A stretch of DNA of 64,000 bases from the NCBI RefSeq assembly GCF_902459465.1, contig NC_047082.1, forward strand, positions 1,612,001-1,676,000, read 5' to 3'. A program made the translations under genes and the position numbers. Positions 33,150-47,400 of this stretch are shown here, one piece after another. This DNA is from Asterias rubens (Eukaryota). How positions within the stretch are numbered: the first letter of the stretch is position 1; each line of letters opens with the position of its first letter. The notes beneath the pieces were generated by a model, which made no database searches, had not been told where the DNA came from, and saw only the letters and a list, made by a program, of their open reading frames with translations.

Positions 33150-36100
33150 TCAAAATACATTGCTTTGATAGTACGATTAAGGTTAGGTTTTTTGTTTACC
33201 TGAAAATGTTGTTGTGTGTGCTTGTGAACATAAAAGTTGTTCAGACATCGTATATGATCCGTCGCAGGTCCCAAGATGTGAAGAAGTAATAGTGGATGGC
33301 AAATTGATGTACTTAGTTGAAATGAAGAACAAAATTTAATAAAAAAAACACCTCAATAAATGGGTATAATTGTTAGTGTTTGTTGTGACCAAGGTGTCTA
33401 GCGCGCCAGCGTGTGGGTTCAAATCTTGGTACCAAGACATTTAACCAGACACTATATAAATCATGCGCAACCCGTTTATCAAGTTTTGGTGCTGGTGCTG
33501 CATACTCCTAAGGAATTTCAATGGTTTCGAGAATACTTACGCCCATTGAAGAGATACTACAATGTAGTATTAATGTATGCAGCTTGATATAGCATGCAAA
33601 TTTATGCCAATTAATTTTTATTTTTAAAACATACATGTTATGTGTATGTACACAAAACGGTGATCCTCAGTGAATTGCCACATTATAAAAATATACTAAT
33701 ATAAATTTTCATTAGATCTGAAATGTAATTGAATTTGACATTGACAGCTCGGCTGAAGGATTTGAATTCTATTGATGTTAGATTGTGGTCAGTCGGCGAG
33801 TCGAGCCACTCCACGGCAAGAGAACGTCGGCTTCCGTAATAAATGGACCAATACGTGTTATTGTCGTGTTTGTGAGTGTTGCTCGGGTAAAAACGCACTC
33901 TCAGAAACCAATTAATTCAGAGTGCACTGGCCAAAAGTGACCCCTGGAGAAAATCGTGCGGTCATTTCTCCCTCGGCGCCAGTATTAGACGATACTGGTC
34001 AATAAATCAATGCTGCATGTAGATAAAGGATGTTTGCTGTAAAGGTTTTTTTTTAAGGTACGAGTGCAGTGGGATTTCTGAAAGTCACTACCTGCAGAAT
34101 CATAGAGTACATTGCATTAGTAAAAAATGCTATTAGGCATGTTAACTGTGTGTTTGACATAAATTGTATGAGTAAACATGTGTACTGTTTTTGTGTGTTA
34201 TGTGGTTAAAGCACTTTTAGAAACAAATTTTATCAGGAGCAAAAAATATGTGAACACTAATGAGGTCAATGAACATAATGATAAATAGATTCAAACTACA
34301 AGCTCTTTGTAAAGAACTCTGATGGGCTAATCAAATGGTTCACTGCTGGTCAGAGTTACTAGACACGTACAACAGAAAACAATATTGTATCAAGGAAACA
34401 CTGATTTATTTAAACAGAAGGTGCTCATTCACTCAGGAGACTTGAAGACTGTTCCGCATAAGGGGACGGCAGTCTGAAAGAAACTTATGTCCAAGCAGAG
34501 GGTTCTTGCAAAAGAGCTGATAAAGGAATAAAAACGAACAGCATTGTTTCATTAACCTTACCCAACCCTTCAAAATCCAATCGCATATTCCCTTTGATTT
34601 TGTTGGACTGAAGAATGCATTGGTAAACTGATTACAGTTTATATGGGATTCATTTTATTAGTTTGTGTGTTGAGCTGTTAGATTTTGCTAGAATGAGGAA
34701 GGACCCTACTTGGGGAGTTCTAAAGATTTTAATAGATATGTTATTCATGAAAGATGCATAATATTCAGAACTGTTAATTAAGGACAAAGGAAACAACTTT
34801 AATTTTTATTCTTTTTCTGAATTACGTGCGGTACTTTCATTTACGTTTGATATCTGAAATATTAGAAAGAAACAAACTATCCAATGAAAAAAAGAAGTGT
34901 TTAAGATTTAAATTGTTGAGGAAGATAATGTTTGGAAACTGAATTTTGGAAAACTTGGGGAGGGGAGAGACTAAGATAATCGAAGGGGGCCAAGAGAAGG
35001 AAAAGAACTGGATGATTGGGGATTTAACATAAATTATCATAAATTAAATAAAAAAATTAAATACAAAAATGATAAATTATCACAATATTTGACAGTACTT
35101 TTCCAAACATTTCAGTATTTCACATGATTTGATTGGCAAAGAGTACCCTTTATGATAGGGTCTTGGGTGACTACACACTTCCAAAAACCATTGTTGGAGT
35201 TGGACTTGAGTTGGTCCAGCCACTTCATGAAATTGAAGAGCGCCATCTGTTGTTGTAACAAAATCACTGAGTGTGTATTGTGTTCGCCCTAAAAAAAAAC
35301 AACACAGGACCAAGCCTTGGGATCATGAAACTGCATCCACTGCAAGTCTGGTCTGCTGCCCTCTGTTGTGCTTCTATATGAAGGGGTGGTCAAACAACGT
35401 GATACTTATCAAGTTGATTATTTGTTTGATTGGTTTGCATAGTGTATCACTATTGTTGCATGGATATGTGAATTACCTTCAAGTACGACATTGACTTCTA
35501 GGCAGTAAATCCATTCATACATTGTATGCTTAAGTGATCTTTTTAAACAGAACTCAGGAAAGTGCTGAGTACATAGTGCCTTATAAACACTTAGGAATCA
35601 GGGTAAACAAATACTATACAATAGGCTTTTGGATTTTTTTCAAAATATTTTTATTTATTTTATGTTTATTTATGAACATTATTTTTTTCTTTTCTTGGGG
35701 GTTCATTACCGAGTGGGGGTTCATTACATTTGAGTGAAAGCGATGGAAGCATTATTAAATTTATGGTTTTTTTTCATGGATTTTGTGTATTTAAAAAAAA
35801 AAAAGTGATTGGAAGGTCTTGAAAGTTTTTTTAGATAAAAAAATTCCTCCAGAGGCATCGGTACTGGTATGAACTTTGTAATCAGTGAGCTTTCTGATTA
35901 AAAATTATCCACTTATTCTCCCTGATAATTACCAATCAAGGCACTCTGTCTTTAAAGGTTGTGGTACATCAAGGTTCACAATGTTGGGTATGTCAGGTGA
36001 GGGTGTCAAGTACCAGTTATTGCAGCGGTGCACGGCTTGACATAAGCCACCACATGTCAGTCATCTCTCTAGGTAGTTAAAATAAGTGTGGTACTCGTCA

Positions 36101-38749
36101 AATCCGCACCTTGTGATAACATGTTCCAGGTCTTGGGCAAGTTTTCTTCAAAGATATTGGCTAGTACTAAATGAAAATGTACTTGGGTTGATATTTCTAC
36201 CCCAGATAAAGGTCCCACAAAACCTTTTCCAGGGATCAAATTTCCCCAAGGAAAGCTCCTCTTGACCACAGTACTTTGATTGTAGCTTAGAACTTTTACT
36301 GGACCAGATATATTTCGTGGGCAAGATAGAAAAATATATATATTTTTTTTTCATACATTTGCTAATATTGGAGGAGGAGAATTGGAATTTAAAAGCTAAA
36401 GCATACAGAAGTAACTTTCTGCATATATTAACTTAGTCAACATTTCTTGTGTTAGTGGTGTACAACTCACTCAAAGTTGCGAAAAGTTCCGTGAAAATGG
36501 AGGCTGCTAGTAAGTAGGCAGTTTGGTCCATCAGGTATTTTCCATATTATTCAAACAAAAGAGAAAGAAGAAAGGTTATGAGTAGCAGAAAAGTTTGTGA
36601 CATTTAGAGATTGTTTATTTGGCTAGGAATGGTGCCCGTGGGCGCTGAACTGTTGAAGGGGGGGGGGGGGGACACTATGTCTAATCTTATAACACCATGG
36701 TCCAATGATATGGCAACTGTCTTACAGGCCATCAAGTTTTTCCGCGGCCAGTTCAGTACCACAAATTGGCAGTCATTTCGGACTGTGAGCTTTTGATTGT
36801 GCAGTGTGGGCTTAGAATTTTAAAGCCCTAAGGGGAATTCTGCAGTAATAAGGCCCAATTTTCCTCAAATAATTCAACCAGGATTTCCTTAGCGTGATCA
36901 AATACTTGAACTTGTTTTTTTGCAGCTCTGGCGTGACTTTTTGACCTGGTTAAAAATTCCCCTTCGAGTTTGCTTTCTATTTCGAGGGAGTGAATATTTT
37001 GTTGTGGTATTTTTTGTTTTGTTTTCTTGGGGGCAAGGGGGAGGAATTGTTTGTCTTAAAACAATGAAAGGGAAAATATGAAGTTACATGCACCAGATGC
37101 CATGAACAGATTATTATTGTTTTGTTTGCAATTCAACAAACAAAACAATTTTAAAAAATCGATACAATGTTGTTTCATTGATATGATTTTAAAAGTAAAA
37201 TAAAATACAGTGAATTTTTTTTTAAAATATAAATAAGAGAACTTTGGAAATGAAAAATCTTGACGTCTATGTGAAACTTTTCACGGGGTACCAAGGCCAA
37301 GAGCAGGGCAATGAAGGCCATGTCACATCTTGGTAATTCCAGGCCTGAATCTCCCACCCCCCCCCCCAAAAAAAAAAAAATTATAGGCCTATAAGCTTAG
37401 CTAAAAAAGATTGCCATAGTCACCAACCATCACTTTAAGATGGTTTTCTAGAAAATTATATGACAACAATTTTCACATTCCATTTCTCTATTGTTTCTGG
37501 AAATTAAAAAGTTTGAAATAAAGTACTCGGCTAAAAACCAATTTTACAAACATAGCAGCCTCCCCTAAAGGTAAACTGTTGTTAGAAACTGAACTTAAAG
37601 ATGAAAATATTGAATAAAAAATTGTTTGTTGTTGTGATTTTCTAATTTAATAAATTTTCTTGTAAGGTTGAAGAGAATAAAAAAGTTGTTTTTAAACCCC
37701 TGAAAAATTCCCCTTCAGTGCAATGCTGTTTATGGTAACTTTGTGGGAAAAAAAAAACAAAAAACAGCAGGCCATGTGACGGTACAATACACAGACAAAC
37801 TTCACAGAAGAATAGAATGGTTGAACAAACTGATTCATCAGAAATTGAGTAAGAACAAATTTATTTCTGATTATAATAGTGAACAGATCACATTGATTTT
37901 TATGTGGTCGGATTGTTGCCTACGTGTAAGAATCCCGAGGTAGAACATTGCAACAGTGACTACTGTATGATGCAATGCTACTGAGAGTCCCTTTTGTATA
38001 CTGTAGTTTTAATAATTTGATATTTATGAAGAATTTTGTTTGGTAATGTGGTACCTGATTTGCGGTGGCAAAACTATTCCATGTTTTGCCAGTGGTTTGG
38101 AATGATAAAACCTAAAGTGCAGGTTTTTTCTTTTTTCTTTTCTTATCCTGACCAAAGGGATTCCTTATCAATTTACTGCATTGTTCTTCCTTGAAAGTGT
38201 CGGATTAATTCTCCAAGGAAGACTCTGAAAAGTCAAGTTGGGTTAGGTTTCCATCCCGTCATAGTATAGCTTTTCAGCAATAAATACAATTATGCTGTTT
38301 CAAGAATTGTATGATTCATTTGAAACTTAATCCATTCATAATATTACAATTTAAAGTTTTATATTTTTATTTTATAAATGATAGTTTAATCCTGTGCTTT
38401 GACTTTAAATTCAATTGTAATGTAGGTTAAACTATAATTTAGATCAGGTTGGGTCAGTTGTTTTTTCCTTACTTTTCCCCTCTGTGGACCCAGGTGCGAA
38501 TCCTACCTCAGGCAGAGCTGTTAATTTTCCCTGATGATGCAGAAAGTTCCCTGAAAATAAACAGATCTTTCCGTGTTCAGGTGAACTTTTTAAAATCTCC
38601 GTGATTATGGAAACATTTTCCTTGTTATGTTGAATATAGTTCTAAATAACTCTGTAATTGTTGGACAAAATCTCCCTAATTGAAAGATGCAAGTTGACAG
38701 TCAGGCCATACCTGACTCCCCAACATACGTATATAGCTATAGATAGTAC

Positions 38750-38830
38750 AGTTGTAAGAGCGCCAGCACGTTAATCTTGAGGTCGTTGTTTCAAGTCCCA
38801 CTCTCGTAAATTTTCTTTGTTCAACCCCTG
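38750..38830 (+). repeat. tRNA-like SINE fragment, family D
   Basis: agagcgccagcacgttaatcttgaggtcgttgtttcaagtcccactctcgtaaattttctttgttcaaccc; similar to 11440-11520 and inverted 58290-58380. Confidence 0.5.
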
Positions 38831-41800
38831 CTAGAACAGAGAAAAACATAAATTCTCCCAATAATTTTTCTCCTTCAATGGAATAATAAATTACAAATAG
38901 GGATGTATTGTGGGTAAGATTTCTTGGGAAAACTTTGTAATTAAGGCATTGTTTTATATCACTTTGATCATACGACCCTTTGAACATTCTGTGTCAACAA
39001 AGTATCTGTAAGTTTCACAAACAATCCCGTCTCACTTTAAACTGTTTATTTGAAACAATTACTCATCATCACAAGTTCCTAGGAAAACCAACAAACTTTG
39101 TTTGTTTGCCCTAAATAATATTCCCTTAAACTTCCAGTTCAACAAACATGTTTGTTTTATTTTTATTCTGTTCTTCCGTGACTATTTTGCTGTCATAAAG
39201 TTTGTTTAAAGTTTTTTTTTACGCAAGCGGCCTTCGTTGGAACTTCCTTCTCTTTATGTCACATGATCTACCTCTGCATCCCCCAATAAATCCGGGAGTG
39301 GATGAACTCCGCGTGACAAAATGGGGTCAGTACAATGAGGTCGTGAAGTCAATAAGTTTGGAGGACTTTTTTTAAAGGGGAGACCAAATCTCGGTTTGGC
39401 AAGCCTAAAACTTCATTTTTGAACATGTTGAAAGGGCAAAGCCATTTTTCAATTTGCAAAGGGCCCTTACATTTTAAAATCTTAAAGTCAATGAGAAACT
39501 TTTGAAGGGCACCAAGGCCAAGACCAGGGGCAACAGAGGCCATGGCCTCTGTGGCCTGTGTGTAATTCAAGGCCTGGTTTGGGGAGACTGAGGCAGATGG
39601 TGCAAGACTAGCCTAGTCTATGGTTTACCACAAGCTGTGTCGTAATTTAGTTTGTCATTTTTGTAAAGGAATGGATACAGTTTGGTATGTGACCTGACCA
39701 CGAAACCTGGACAAATTTGCAACATTTAATTTCCTGTAAACAGTGTTTTTATTATTAAAAAAATGTCAATCGTTGATTTTGATCTTTAGGTTTAAATAGC
39801 TTCATATCTCAAGGCTCTTCTCTAATAAATCCTCAGAAAATATATATATTCTATCACGGTACAAAATCTAATCAGGAATACCACCTAAACATACCAGGGG
39901 TACCAACCAAGGATTAACCTTGTTTTGAACTTTGTTTGAAAGGACTAAGCACAAAATTATGTCACAAGCAGCACCATGAAGCTTACAGGAAAATCTAGTT
40001 GTTGATTGTGTTTATTTCAGTCTTGTAGTTCTAGAATGCTGCACTCATATAGTGCAGGCACTCGCATGATTTTATTTTGCAAAACATTCCTTACGTGCAA
40101 ACTTCTGAAACACCCCTCAAAGTCGAGCGTCAGTGGACACCAATGTTTTTCAGAAGTTGTATCCTGCGGTCATGAGTCCGCAAGCACAAGGGAAAGGGAA
40201 ATTTCCTTGTTGTGGGTGCGTTGGTTTCCTCTGATATTAAAAAACATTAAAGGGAATTCCAGATACAATTTTATTTTTATTTAAAAAAAATTGTATTTGA
40301 TTTATAGCTGCACTCGTTTTTAAGAAAACCTTCATGCATGACAGTGCCCCAATTTTAAAGAGAAAAGCACATAAATTACTCTGAACACAATTTCAAACAA
40401 CTCTGCTTAAGAAAAATGTTAATGCAGAACCTTTCCCTAGTGTCCCCCCCCCCCTAGAGAAAATCTTCCGCAAACTCTTCCGCAAAATCTATCCCAATTG
40501 TGACTGGTATCTAGACAGCACAGCTGGTAAAACCACTACCATTTTGTTTTATGCTCAAGCACCCTGATTAATAATTATCAATTTGTTTGTTCCCCATGAT
40601 GGTGGAACTAGCAAGACAAAAGTAAATAATTGTGACCATTTGTTTTGAGGATATGAGATAATAAGGGCGTTGCTCCCCTGTAGAGGATGTTATGAAGAAT
40701 CCATTGATAAAATAATATTATAAATGAGATAAATATAGAATGTTTTTACCATTTGGCAAACCACATTGCGGTTGTGTTTGTTTTTGTTTCAAGTATTTGT
40801 TTGCTTTTGATGCAGTTCCCTGGATTGTTGGCCTGGGTTCAGATCCCACTCATTGTTGTAATTAAGCCAGTAAGGTCAAACAGAGTCAAGTTGTTGAGAT
40901 TATTTTGACCATGGGCCATCTTAAGATTGCATCAGGGTTATATTCATGAATCAATCGTACAAATAATTTTGTTAAAAACTTCATTCTATAGACTTCGATC
41001 ATAATGTGGCCATCTTGATATTCTCCCATTCTCTCTATGCCTAAACATTGATTCTTGTTTGAGGTACTTTAGCATTAGAGGACATCAGAAGATATTTCAT
41101 ATCATTTGTACATTGAGGGCGGTTGAAGGGGGGAGGGGGATACGATGACACACAAGACATTACCATACATGTCTAAGTTCAACTGGTGTGTGCGTCTGTG
41201 ATTGGGGTGCTGTTAGGTCAAATCAATATAGATCTGCCTTGGCTTATGGATCGGAGATCCCACTATTACTTGCTACATGAGCAAATAAAAACTCTAGTAA
41301 TAGGCCCATTATGTATTCATTCTCCAGCTACCATCTGTCCCTGTAGAAATCTTGGGGCTTGAAGAGCTCTGAAGACCGAACAGGAAGATAAGTACGTCGA
41401 AGAAGTCTGCTGGAAATGGCTGCAATCAATAATTGCTTTGGCTTCATCAAACTGCCACCATTTTGTCTTGTTTCCCGTTAGACTGGTCCCCTGTCCTTAT
41501 TAGCAAGGATAATGGCAGGTGTTGGCTTTAAGTATACACATTCAACTGCGAATCTCCAGAACCATAAAAGCCATGTGAAATGATGCGAGGTCAAAGATGA
41601 TTATGTAATTCACCCAAAACTAAAAACTGGGTTTATCTGCTCATCGAATAGATGAGAAGAGCTTTTGAATAACACTTAATTAGGCCTAAAGACTGTTTTA
41701 AGTGTTTCTTAACATGTCGATTTCTTTAGACATCACATCGCATTGGTATCATTGTTGATACTTAGGTTGCCATTTATCTATTTCCGAGAAGTACCTGATT

Positions 41801-44285
41801 GTGGCGTACGGACGTCACAATTTTGTTAGCACAGTATTCTAATCAACAGCCAGATGAAAAAGTGCAATGAGCAAAGGCTGGGACTGTAAAATATAGTCCT
41901 TTGCGTCTGTTGCAGAGTTAATTTAACATTTCATGATAATGAGAACCCAGCCTCTCTCCACCGTACACTCTATACAAGCTTTTAATTCCATTCATCACGG
42001 TAGTACGAGATGCAAAGCAACAATACAAAAGAAACTCAGCCTCGCCTGATCTTATTAGAAAAGCGTTTGACACAATGTATTCCCCCTCTACCGAGAGTGT
42101 CCTGAGACATACAGAGAGAGAGGAGTTTGCACAATCCTGAGTGCATTCACAGCATCAACATCCTTCCCAAGTGAGCGATTCGCAATTCACAAATCGCCCT
42201 CGGCCAAGAACCCTTCGCGCAAAAACACCGCGACCGAAAAAGTGCCCTCTCTGCATATCAAGCTTGCCTTCCTCTGCATCTTGGGTTTTGGATGGCGTAG
42301 TGGGGAACCCCGGCAATGGCCAAACTAGTGATTGCTACAGTGTATCGAATCTCCTCAGCAAATAAGTTCAAGTACACCATGGCTAATTCAACGCATTTCA
42401 AGGACCCCTCTTGTCTTACGAACTGCGCGGGTATTCACTTTATCTCCGCTGATTCGTCTTGAAGGTTTTTTTTCTCCCTCTCTTTCTTCAAGTCTCCTTT
42501 CGTCTTTCTCTTCTTGGACCTGGTGCCACATCATGCTTAAACATTACCTGCTTCAGTGTTTACGTTCAGACAGCTCTGTTTTTCTAAGTAGGCACAGGAT
42601 GGCCAGAAACTAATCTGTATTATGACTGATGTCCTGGTGTATTATGCAAAATCGTATTTATTTATTTATTTATTTAATGGATCGTGTGACAGGTTTTTTT
42701 TTTCAATTTCAATAACATGCATGCCTCGTAACTTGAATGGGGGGGGGGGAAACCTTTTAGAAAATTACAGTTGCATTACAATTTAGAGAATAAAGGATTT
42801 GCTTTTGAATTAATTTTAAAACGGTAAAATTATGTTACAATTTATGTTTTTTTCTTGCGGAGCTGTACTGCACCAGGTACGATATTATTTCCATCACTAA
42901 CATCACTAACGTCATGTATTTGAAAATAGTCCAAGGTATGCAGTGCATTCTCATGGTTGCTACACTCTATTGCTGTGTGGCAGAGGTCTTTCAGATCGGC
43001 CTAAACATTTTCAGTCTGTTGTTGAAACATCAAAGTCGGCCGAAGGGGGATGTGATAGCCTGATTGTGGTTGATTATGATGTGTGGGGGGGGGGGGGGGT
43101 GATCTAGAGATACCTGGTCGGTCACAGTGTCAGTCCTAATTGCTGGTGGGTAGTACAATCCTAACAACTGGTTGGAATGAGAGTGGGAGACAGGTATACA
43201 AGCAATGTACTGCCCTGTCCTTGTAAAGAGAGGAGGAAAAAAAAGAAGTAGGCCATGATAATAAGCAGTAAAGGACAGTGACCCTGCTAATGATGACTTT
43301 GAGAGCCTGGATGGAGTCACATTGTGAGGGCGCTCTTTCCCTTTGCGTCTTGGGCAAGTGTTTACTTAGGCAGTGGGTCATGCATTACAAGAAGTTGAAA
43401 AGAGGAATGCTGGCCTGATGCTTCATCTTTAAGGGCAAGGACACCAAGGTATTTTCTCGTTGGTGAAGGGCACCTTGATGAGGCAAATGGTGTTTTTTAT
43501 TGGAATAATCTAAGGGGGCAATCTAAGGGGGCACTGAGGCATTGACCAAGGAACAGAGGCAATTGCCCTGTTGCCTTTGATGTTTCAGACCTGGGAATGT
43601 GTTGAGAATGTGGAATATTCACTCCTGCTAAAATTGTACTTGAAATAAGAAAACATCTTATTTCAAGAAACCTTTCTTGTGTCAAAACACGCACAGTGTC
43701 AATTTTAACACCACAGTTTTTGCAGATTACTAAAAACTAGTCCTGCTTTTACTTCAAAATCTAATAAAAGATGAGATTTGGGAAAAAGAACATGCAGTGT
43801 AATTGTTCCAGATATCAAGGTGTTTCTATTAGAATATTGATAATTTTGTCAGTTTCGTTTTGTTTTGTACAACTGCAATCCTTTATCTTTTTAAATTTAG
43901 CTGTAAATTGTCAACATTATTTGTTTCATGGGGGTTAATTTTGGAGTCCATTACTTCATTGACGTTGATTACACCCAAGGGTGAGCTACCCATTCTATCC
44001 AGACCCTATTTAGTCATGGACCCTCGAGGGCACACCCACCACCCACTTGAACTTGGACAGTAACGCTTACAGATACCAGACCGGTCAGTCTGTCAGCCCT
44101 TAATTTCTCCCAATGCGGACATTGAAAGCAACAACTGGCACCTAGATGGGGTTAGGGCATCCTTGATAAATCTAGGTCAGTAGAGGTTGGTCATGTAATT
44201 GTTAATCAATGGGACAGTGACCTTAAAATGTTTACTTACATGTATGTCTGTATGTGAATCTGCTGTACATATTGGCCTACATGTT

Positions 44286-44456
44286 CAGGCCTTGAGTTAA
44301 CTCATGGCATCCACAGCAACGCATTAGTGCTCTGGTGCTTTTGCTGCATGTGGAGCCCTCTGCAAAGTTCCAATACAAACTTACAATTTCCTCATAGAAG
44401 TGCCCATAACTAGTGGAAAATTGCCGTGCCCCTTCAAGAACGAAATTCAAGGCCTG
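44286..44456. mobile_element. CAGGCC...GGCCTG-terminated MITE (hAT-like termini)
   Basis: TIR caggccttgagtt / aattcaaggcctg; no 8-bp TSD detected. Confidence 0.6.
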
Positions 44457-47400
44457 CAAAATTTCACCCACAGTTCAACAAATGTTTTACTGCATCAGGG
44501 CGCTTTTTAAACCATTCAATGGCAAATTCTGTTGCTTCACAATTACAGGCTGTCAACTTTTGACTGCCAGTGTTGTTTGCTTGTGTTGTTTGCTTGTATC
44601 ATCAATGGCAAAATAAATTATAGGAATAACAATGAAAAGAAACACTGTAATTTGTTTGACATGTTTTTCTTGTATTGCAACCTATCAGATGGGTCGGCCT
44701 TGATCTTTTAATCTGCTGCCCCTGGTTATTGCCTTGTTGCCATAAGAGATGTACCATTTCAAATTACTTCACTCATAAGTGCCCTTTACTACTAAGGTTA
44801 AAAGGACATGTATTAGATTAAACAAACAAAAAATTAGTTGGCGATATTTGTTAAAGTTTAGTTGATAGAAAGATACACATGAGCAGATTTAAACAATTTT
44901 CCTAGACACTAAATTCAACAGTAATGGGAAGTGTTTTCCAATAACCACTGTGTTAAAAACCTCAGTTACTTGTAAACTGATCAGTGAGATCTGTTTTGCA
45001 ATCTGTTTTTCTGTTCTCTTTTTTGTGTGTGAAATCAGCAAAACCTTGTGTTAACGATACCCACACGCTAAGAACAAAGTGGCTTTAAGTCATATTATTC
45101 ATTATTGTTTTTAGACAGTCCAACTCTACATTGATAACAAGAAACTTGGGAAGTGAGTGGAGATGTGCGGCGGGAAAGGCCCGGGACTAAAAAACAGAAA
45201 TAGTTAGGGGCACGGGAAACCTCGATGTTAGCAAGAAAGTGAAAGAGTGTGTCCGATTACATTAGAATACTCTCTAGTTATAACACTCAAGCCATCACTG
45301 CCCCTGCAGGGCCAAGTGGTACGAAGGGTGTGGAAGGAAAGAAAAGCTGGCTCCAATTTCGGACCCGATGTCTTACGTCTCCAGTCGCAAACCACTTCGG
45401 CTGGCCAGTCCTCTTCCAAGGTGAAGCTCTGTGAAGGAAATTGGGACTTACTGTTGGGACCCGGGGCTCCTGAGTCTGGCCGGTATCGCTGTCAAGTATG
45501 CACGGGTACCGGTGAAGCGGTGTTTGTGATACCGCTCGGGTGCCGGGGGAGCCCTGCATTGATACGACTTTGATGTAATTACGCCCCATATGTTTCCTCT
45601 ACTTAGATGTCCAGTTTCGACGCTCCTGTATGTTGTGTTACAAAATAAGCCCATGGGTCTATGGTTTCAATGGCTGACATACTTTTCAAAGAGAAAAATA
45701 CCCAACAAAGGAAATCAAAGGGAGAAAAAGAGTCGTTTTGATGTTCAATGCTGAGGCTAGATTTACAGCCAAAATCCTGTTCAAATGGTGCGTGGGTATT
45801 TCCACAGGCGAAAACATCAACTGTTAAGTGAATTTGACATATTGATCCCTGAAGAAAGAAAAAAAATCACTGCGTGATCGCTGATTATTTTGTCTAAAAA
45901 CAATTTCATTGGCAGATAAACATTGCTGTATTATTGTGATATTCTCCTCCTTATTAAATTCATGCTTTCAGACAGAGGCTGTGAAAAAAAAGACAGGCCC
46001 CTTGTTGATGAAGTGTTATGATATTGCATGGTGTGGTCTGGTCATCAGACAAAGATGATTGCACCCTTAAATCACTCATCGGCAAGAAGCCCCGTCTCCT
46101 CATTTAATACTGGAATTTGAAGTGTTTTGCTGAGCTCTTTGCAAAGTTTTGCCGTGCTCATTTTGATTGAGTAAAATAACAAAATCCAAGCTAGGAATAA
46201 TAGGCTGCCAATGAGCAAAGTGAGACCAACAAGTAGTAGAGAAATGAGGTTAAACAATTACTTGAGGTAAACACTGCTGGCAAGGTACACATTACACAAT
46301 GTATTAGAGCCGTAGTCATTCCTTCAAAATCAGCTAGTCTCTTTTGGCCGATGTACTTTTGATAGCGGAGCTAACTCAATAAGTTGTAATGGCAGTAAGA
46401 TGGATTGGGTTGTTGGGGGAAGGACATGGAGTAGTTTCTCACAGCCCCGGTCTCTCTCCCCAGCGCAACGACGCAAGCCCGAGAGCCGGAGGAAACCCCC
46501 AAGTTGTCAAACTTTTCCTGTGGTCCGACTGGGGATTGATTGATTGACTTCATTAATCAATGGGTATATAGGATTAGCAGAGCTCGCTGGGGCAGCGGGA
46601 GTAACGGGGCAGGCCTGTTCCTGTTGGACCATGCTCCGTTGTTTACTCACTTGTGTTAGCTTACATATTACTGGTAATGGCTGGAGAGAAATCAAGTATA
46701 GAATTGCTGCGTTGAAAAGAGGAAACTCTTTGTGGACAATCGTTATACTTGTGGTCGGTTTTTTTTCCCAGTATTTATTTTGTTTTACCCTTAATTTATC
46801 AGAGTCAGATACAGTAGTTCTGTTTTACAGAAAACAATTTATCATTTTTAATATTGGTAGAAATTAAGAAATTGAAAAGAATTTCTGCTAAGAGTTAAGT
46901 AGCTTTGTACAAATTAAATTTTGTTTCTTCCAAGCTTTTATGATGAAATTTATCTAGGCTATTTTAGAAAGGAAAAACCCCACCAGCAATATAGAAAATT
47001 TCAATATTTGGGTCAATGTTTTGTCTTGTTTTGTCTTGTTTTGTTTTGTTTTTAGATGTAAATCATATAATTTTTTTTATTGTAGTATTTATTCTCTGTT
47101 ATCCAACCAACCAACCTCATAATTAGGAAAAAGACACTAACTGCTTTGCTTGGCTTTTTTTTTCTCCATGTTGATGTAATTGTTTTGTATTATCTTGTTA
47201 AGAGTGTCAAAATCTACCAAACTACTAACAGGAATAACTTTTACAGAAACCATTTCCTTTTGAAAAGGTACCAATTGCATCACTTATTCTTAAAGACATT
47301 TGTCAACAGCAAATGCCCCTTTTAAGCAGCTTCAGGACTTAATTTACATTGAGCCCTTGGCAGTGGTTCTTTGATAACATCTTTCATCAGTGGGTTGTCC

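Noticed and set aside
40021-40284. Phase-0 open frame after a good acceptor as second exon of the MESTK gene
   Set aside because: Composition not protein-like and it runs to a stop with only a weak donor; cannot be supported.
45308-45345. GPSGTKGVEGKK collagen-like run
   Set aside because: Only four triplets, no donor at its end and not in a collagen exon size class.
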